NCBI GenBank assembly: GCA_050084985.1
Contig: JBITNC010000001.1
Location: 125,984,001 to 126,048,000, forward strand
Source: Nageia nagi
Lineage: Eukaryota > Plantae > Pinophyta
Length of the DNA: 64,000 bases
Direction of reading: 5' to 3'
The notes beneath the pieces were generated by a model. The model was not told where the DNA came from and made no database searches. It saw only the letters and a program-made list of their open reading frames with translations. This document shows positions 63,401-64,000 of the stretch, piece after piece; positions within the stretch are counted from its first letter, which is position 1; every line of letters begins with the position of its first letter. A program made the position numbers and the translations under genes.

Positions 63401-64000
63401 ATATCATAATGTAATAAATAATAATGTAACAAATGGTAAGTAACATGTTAAATGATTATTAAATTTATAATTTGATAGATTATATGATTGTTAAATCCTT
63501 ACAAAGAATGCATTATATTTTAAATTTACTATAACATAGAAAAATAAATGTACACTCTTACTTTCTAATTTATCATTGTCCCAAGTGTGTTTTAAGTAAT
63601 ATTATAAAGAATTATAATTTGTACATTATCTTGATTATACTCTCTTTTAGTATGATATTATGATAATTTCTAATTGTTAATTGTATATATTTAATTTCAA
63701 TCTATTATCTATCATTTTTAATACTTGTAAAATAGTTAGCTTTTATCAAGACCCCAAAACCTACTAACAAATTCATGAAAAATTTACAAAAATACCACAA
63801 AGGTACACTAAAATTTACAAAACAATCCCCATAATACCTATTATAGCTTAGTCACAACTAAAATCCATCTTAAAATGGGTTGTGACATTGTGCAACTATG
63901 AACTATCTAATATGTTATAAGTGAATACAAATTTCTTTTTATCAATGGTATTGCCTCCCTTTTTATTTGCATTCAAAGTATTTATGGAAATTTTGATTAG

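Overview
This is an AT-rich plant nuclear region; the gene families and TE types look gymnosperm-like, and the extreme AT decay is reminiscent of Welwitschia, but the organism is only an inference. It holds a birth-and-death cluster of intronless Cf-type LRR receptor-like protein (RLP) genes: one intact copy (9475-12132, -), one with premature stops before the TM helix (46433-49138, -), one frameshifted 5' half (35549-36356, -), and two tiny relics (7135-7441 +, 57791-57891 -). These lie in a matrix of decayed TEs: a ~17.8 kb Gypsy/LARD-like LTR element with a nested full-length Copia (LTRs, PBS, PPT and TSD visible), further Copia and LINE remnants, solo LTRs, SINEs, a PMD remnant, and a MULE/SWIM transposase pseudogene carrying tandemly amplified 78-nt exons. 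The most notable item is an intron-containing HLE2-type (Helitron2/Helentron-like) Rep-PIF1 helicase gene (40095-45340), disabled only by in-frame nonsense codons. It is followed by a 158-bp near-perfect palindrome ending in CTAG|T. Two diverged relatives of that palindrome occur elsewhere in the window, one with compensatory changes, and an orphan WIP-family zinc-finger fragment lies just downstream of it.
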